Assembly: GCF_963921235.1 (NCBI RefSeq)
Contig: NC_086097.1
Span: 196,294,001-196,358,000 of the forward strand
Direction of reading: 5' to 3'
From: Mobula hypostoma
Taxonomy: Eukaryota
Length of the DNA stretch: 64,000 nt
Each line of letters begins with the position of its first letter. Position 1 is the first letter of the stretch. The notes beneath the pieces are model-generated. The model had not been told where the DNA came from, did no database searches, and was given only the letters and a program-made list of their open reading frames with translations. The position numbers and the translations under genes are program-made. Shown here one piece after another: positions 59,730-64,000 of the stretch.

Positions 59730-60265
59730 CACTCATTGGCCACTTAATTAGGCACCTCCTGTACTTAGTAAAGTGGCCACTAAGTGTATGTTGATGGCCT
59801 TCTGCAGTTGCGGCCCATCCACTTCGAGGATTGACATGTTGTGCATTCAGAGATACCCTTCTGAACACCACTGTTGTAATGCATGGTTATTTGAGTTACT
59901 GTTGCTTTCCTTTCAGCTTGAACCAGCCTGGCCATTCTCCTCTGACCTCTCTCATGAACAAAGCTTTTTTGTCCACAGAACTGTGGTTGCCGCTTATTGG
60001 ATTTTTTTTGTTTCTCGCACCATTCTCTATAAACTCTAGAGACTAGTGTGTGCGAAAATACCAGGAGATCAGCAGTTTCTGACATACTCAAAGTATCTCA
60101 GATCACATTTTTTCCCCATTCTGATGTTTGATCTGAACAACAAATGAACCTCTTGACCATGTCTGCATGCTTTTATGCATTGAATTGCTGCCACATGATT
60201 GGCTGATTAGAAATTTGCTTTAACAAGCAAGTGAACAGGTGTACCTAATAAAGTAATACTGAGTA
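59730..60265 (-). mobile_element. Tc1/mariner deletion derivative
   Basis: TA flanks; imperfect TIRs CACTCATTGGCCACTTAATTAGG and TACTCAGTATTACTTTATTAGG; N-terminal HTH remnant SETADLLVFSHTLVSRVYREW..QRRMARLVQA; no DDE domain. Confidence 0.85.
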
Positions 60266-60980
60266 TATACTAGCATTAGAGTCAGTCCGAAAAAGATTGA
60301 CGAGACTAATCCCTGGAAAAAAGAATTGTCATATCATGAGTGGCAAAATAAACAGATGTGATTTCTTTGGAGTTTAGAAGAATAAGGGGAAGTCTTATGT
60401 AAGCCTCTCACCATTGGCTTGTAATGAGCTATTACTGTGAATACAAACTAACAGCAAAATAACTCTACATTGCATGGGAATAACAATAAAAGGGCCAGTT
60501 CCAATAAATAAACAAGGGTAGGATGGATATGATTCAGGTAAACACAAAACATAAAAGTTTAAATGTTTTTTCTAAACAGAAATAAAACGATTACCTGTAT
60601 GAATACTGACACAAACATGCAAATTTAATGTTTGACAGAGCAATAATTTAGCTTACACCAGTATAAATTTATATCTAAATTGTACTGACAAAATATTTTA
60701 ATCTATAACAAAGGAAATAATACTATACATAGTACAAAATAAAGAAAAGCCCCATCACATATATGTATGTCGATTAACGTGCACATAATTGGAGCTCATT
60801 GCTGTCCAATCAATCCAGTTTTCTTCACTCTGTTTACTCATGGTACTGAAACAGTTCTACACTGAAGAACCAGTCCAAGCAAAAAAAAATACCCATGCAA
60901 TGTCCAAGGAAAAAGGCGAACTTTCTTCCGTTGTCGTGTGCTAGTTAGCTAACTGAAAGTTATCTGCACATTCTCCGTGA

Positions 60981-61866
60981 GACTTGACTTGACTTGACTT
61001 TATTACTTACATTCTTCATATACATGAGGAGTAAAAATCTTTACGTTATGTCTCTGTCTAAATATGCAATGTGCAATTTATAGTAATTTATAATAAATAT
61101 TATGTACAACAGGATGGTCAATATAACATAGAAATACAGTTGCGTCAACATAAATTAAGCAGTTTGATGCCCTGGTGGAAGTAGCTGTCCTGGAGCCTGT
61201 TGGTCCCGGCTTTTATGCTGCAGTACCATTTCCCAGAGGGTAGCAGCTGGAACAGTTTGTGGTTGGGGTGACTCAGGTCTCCAATGATTCTTCCCTTTTT
61301 ACACACCTGTCTTTGTAAATGTCCTGAATAGTGGGAAGTTCACATCTACAATGCGCTGGGCTGTCCGCATCACTCTCTGCAGAGTCCTGCGATTGAGGGA
61401 AGTACAGTTCCCATACCAGGCAGTGATACAGCAAGTCAGGATGCTCTCAGTTGTGCTCCTATAGAAAGTTCTTAGGATTTAGGGGCCCATAACAAACTTC
61501 TTCAACCATCTGAGGTGAAAGAGGCACTGTTGTGCCTCTTTCACCACACTGCTGGTACGTACACCACATGAGATCCTCAGTGATGTTTATGCCGAGGAAC
61601 TTAAAGCTGTTCACTCACTCAACCCCAGATCCATTGATGTCAATAGGAGCTAGCCTGCCTTTATTCCTTCCATAGTCCACAACCAGTTCCTTTGTTTTTA
61701 CGACATGAGGGAGAGGTTGTTTTCTTGACACCACTGTGTCAGGGTGATGACTTCTTCTCTGAAGGCTGCCTTATTATTATTTGAGATAAGGCCAATCAGT
61801 GTAGTATCATCAGCAAATTTAATTAGCAGATTGGAGCTGTGGGTGACAACACAGTCATAGGTATAC
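60981..61866 (-). mobile_element. Rex1/Babar-like LINE 3' part
   Basis: (CAAGT)n tail at 60981-60999; LIKFADDTTLIGLISNN and WCQENNL translations. Confidence 0.85.
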
Positions 61867-62302
61867 CATAGTCTACATGAGGATTTTCTGACATCAATAC
61901 CTGTCCTTCCAATTTGAATCCTGTCAGCTTTTCACCATGTTCTTCTGCTATATTTATGTTCGTTATCTTTCTGCTGTCTTCTTCCTTCTTCGATCCTGCG
62001 CTTTCTCTAAAAAATGGCTATCCATTCTTTTCTGCACTCTCTCTAGAAAAATGGCTACCCATTCCTTTCCTAGGCATTTTAACAAACCTAACTTAATCAA
62101 CTACATTTTTATTTTGAACAGCAAAATGAAATACTCAATTGTATAATGTAATTAAAGGAACATGCTTTTATATAGATTTACATTTCGAGAATATCTGCGG
62201 ACAATAAAATGCCCAAAAACATAACTGTATTAATAAAATAAAGCATGGTCTTAAACCAGGATATTACACTTATTGAAACATATAAAGTTATAAGAAACAC
62301 AC

Positions 62303-62470
62303 AGAGTAAACAGTCGATGTTTCGGGCCGACACAGGGTCCTGATGAAGGGTCTTGCCAGCAACATTGACTGTTTACTCTTTACCATAGATGCTGCCTGGC
62401 CTGCTGCTTTCCTTCAGCATTTTGTGTGTGTTGCTTGGATTTCCAGCAACTGCAGATTTTCTCATTTTTG
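62303..62470 (+). mobile_element. Short PLE terminal fragment with inverted 5' duplication
   Basis: GTCCTGATGAAGGGTC...GCAGATTTTCTC, preceded by an inverted copy of its own segment. Confidence 0.8.
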
Positions 62471-62502
62471 GAAGTTTTGAAAGTTTGAAGATCTGATGAA
62501 GT

Positions 62503-62700
62503 ATAGAAACATAGAAAACCTACAGCACAATACAGGCCCTTCAGCCCACAATGCTGTGCCAAACATGTACTTACTTTAGAAATTACTTAGGTTACCCATA
62601 GCCCTCTATTTTTCTAAGCTCCATGTACCTATCCAGGAATCTCTTAAAAGACCCTATTGTATCCGCCTCCACCACAGTCGCCGACAGCCCATTCCATGTC
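62503..62700 (-). mobile_element. CR1 3' end
   Basis: ATAGAAACATAGAAA tail complement and typical CR1 3' UTR. Confidence 0.8.
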
Positions 62701-62705
62701 TATGG

Positions 62706-64000
62706 TGCTGAATGCACTTTTGTAACTAATCAGGCTTTGGGGAAGAACTGGTATCTAAAAATCCTCAGCATAACTGGGGGCCACTGAGCTTCATATCAGG
62801 TGATCCAAAGAAACTGTGGTAACTTCTACTTTGAAAAAGGACCACTCGACAACTTCATGCCCAAAGGAAACAACTTTATCTGGGACGGCAAAACCGATAT
62901 TTACATACAGAGGCTTTCACTGAACCGTACTGCATGGCAGAGAAACTATACAGATGCACACCGGACAAGAAAACGGAAGTAAAACCCCCTCAACTCCGGA
63001 ACCAGCCTCTCTTTACAAACAACTTCCCCTAGCGGGAGAATTGCTATATTACCATTATCCTAATTAGTATTAACTTATTTTTATAATGCTCACATTCAAC
63101 ACTTCTCCCCCTTTAAATTCCAACATTGCCCAAATGTAAAAGAACTGGGAAACAAAAACAGTGGTGTCATTAGCTTGTGTACCCCTGAAACTTATACTAG
63201 TGTCTCAGCAACAGTTTACCAATACAAAACACCTGAAAAACGTGGCAGATTCAACATTCCGTCTAACACAAAAAAAAACTGTCCAGTCAAACATTCAGTC
63301 TGTCAGGAAGTTTGTGACTGCGCTGTGATCTGCGCACTACCACCAGTGACAGTGACCCAGCAGGCACTGCTAGTGAGGGTTTTTTGGGTGGATCTGGTGT
63401 TGGGGGCATGAGAGGGGTCTGTATGTCCGTGTGAGAATGTCCATCCTCTTCAGGGGACCCCGATCCCTCTGTCTGCGTCTCTCTCTCTCTCTCTCTGGCA
63501 AAGTCACTGGTGGACCTGCTCCCACAGTAGTCTGTCTCACCATTGGAAACTCCGTGGAACTGTCTGCCTCTGAGCCTATATCATGACACAGGCGCACATG
63601 GTCCTGATGTCTGCAGAAAACACATCCGTCAGTCAGCTTAACAACATAGGAGACTGGACCACTCTGCTTAAGAATAACCCCAGGTAGCCATTGCTGATTG
63701 TTGTTACTGCTGAAGTTTCTCATATAGACATTGTCATCCGGTTTTAACTGTCTCTCTCGCGCATGTTGATCATGTCCCTCCTTCTGCTTTTCCTGCTTTC
63801 TCTCCATTTTTGCCTTCATGTCTGGGTGTAGCAGGTCCAATCTTGACTTGGGCCTACGCCCCATCAACATCTTTGCTGGAGTGCGTGCAGTCGTAGTGTG
63901 TGGCATGAGGCGGTATTTAAATAGGAAACGTGAAAGCTGAGTGCTAAGAGAGTGCCCTGTCATCAACTTCAGGCCTTACTTTACTGTCTGAACAGTCCGC
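62706..64000 (-). mobile_element. Gypsy element 3' end (integrase C-terminus, PPT, 3' LTR at 62706-63101); continues beyond the window
   Basis: LSRFLFKYRLMPHTTTARTPAKMLMGR..SGPVSYVV..RHQDH; PPT AAAGGGGGAGAAG next to the LTR; LTR terminal inverted repeat TG(C/T)TGAATG. Confidence 0.9.

Noticed and set aside
50000..64000. SNRPD1 3' exon, expected from human tail-to-tail synteny with ABHD3
   Set aside because: No (GR)n-encoding exon found on the minus strand within the window.

Overview
Vertebrate genomic DNA. The repeat landscape (CR1 with TTCTATGT tails, Penelope-like elements, V-SINE-like SINEs) suggests a cartilaginous fish, probably a batoid; this is inference. One host gene is supported: the last six coding exons of phospholipase ABHD3 on the + strand (2929-46967). 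Splice sites are canonical GT-AG, the reading frame is continuous, and the Ser/Asp/His triad motifs are intact. The 5' exons lie upstream of the window. Most of the remainder is nested transposable elements: CR1 and Rex1/Babar-like LINEs, RTE LINEs including a 4.1-kb GC-rich near-full-length copy, Penelope-like elements (PLEs), four Gypsy LTR elements plus a solo LTR, a hAT/Buster transposon and a Tc1 deletion derivative. The most notable observations are: (1) minimal hammerhead-ribozyme motifs in PLE termini, including 95-135 bp stand-alone insertions; (2) a young RTE that is a horizontal-transfer candidate; (3) inverted young CR1 copies positioned to fold the ABHD3 pre-mRNA; (4) a second gag segment embedded inside an LTR; (5) several template-switch hairpin scars. 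I found no convincing wholly new gene system. Family names and identities were judged by eye without database searches, and repeat boundaries are approximate unless a TSD or TIR is given.
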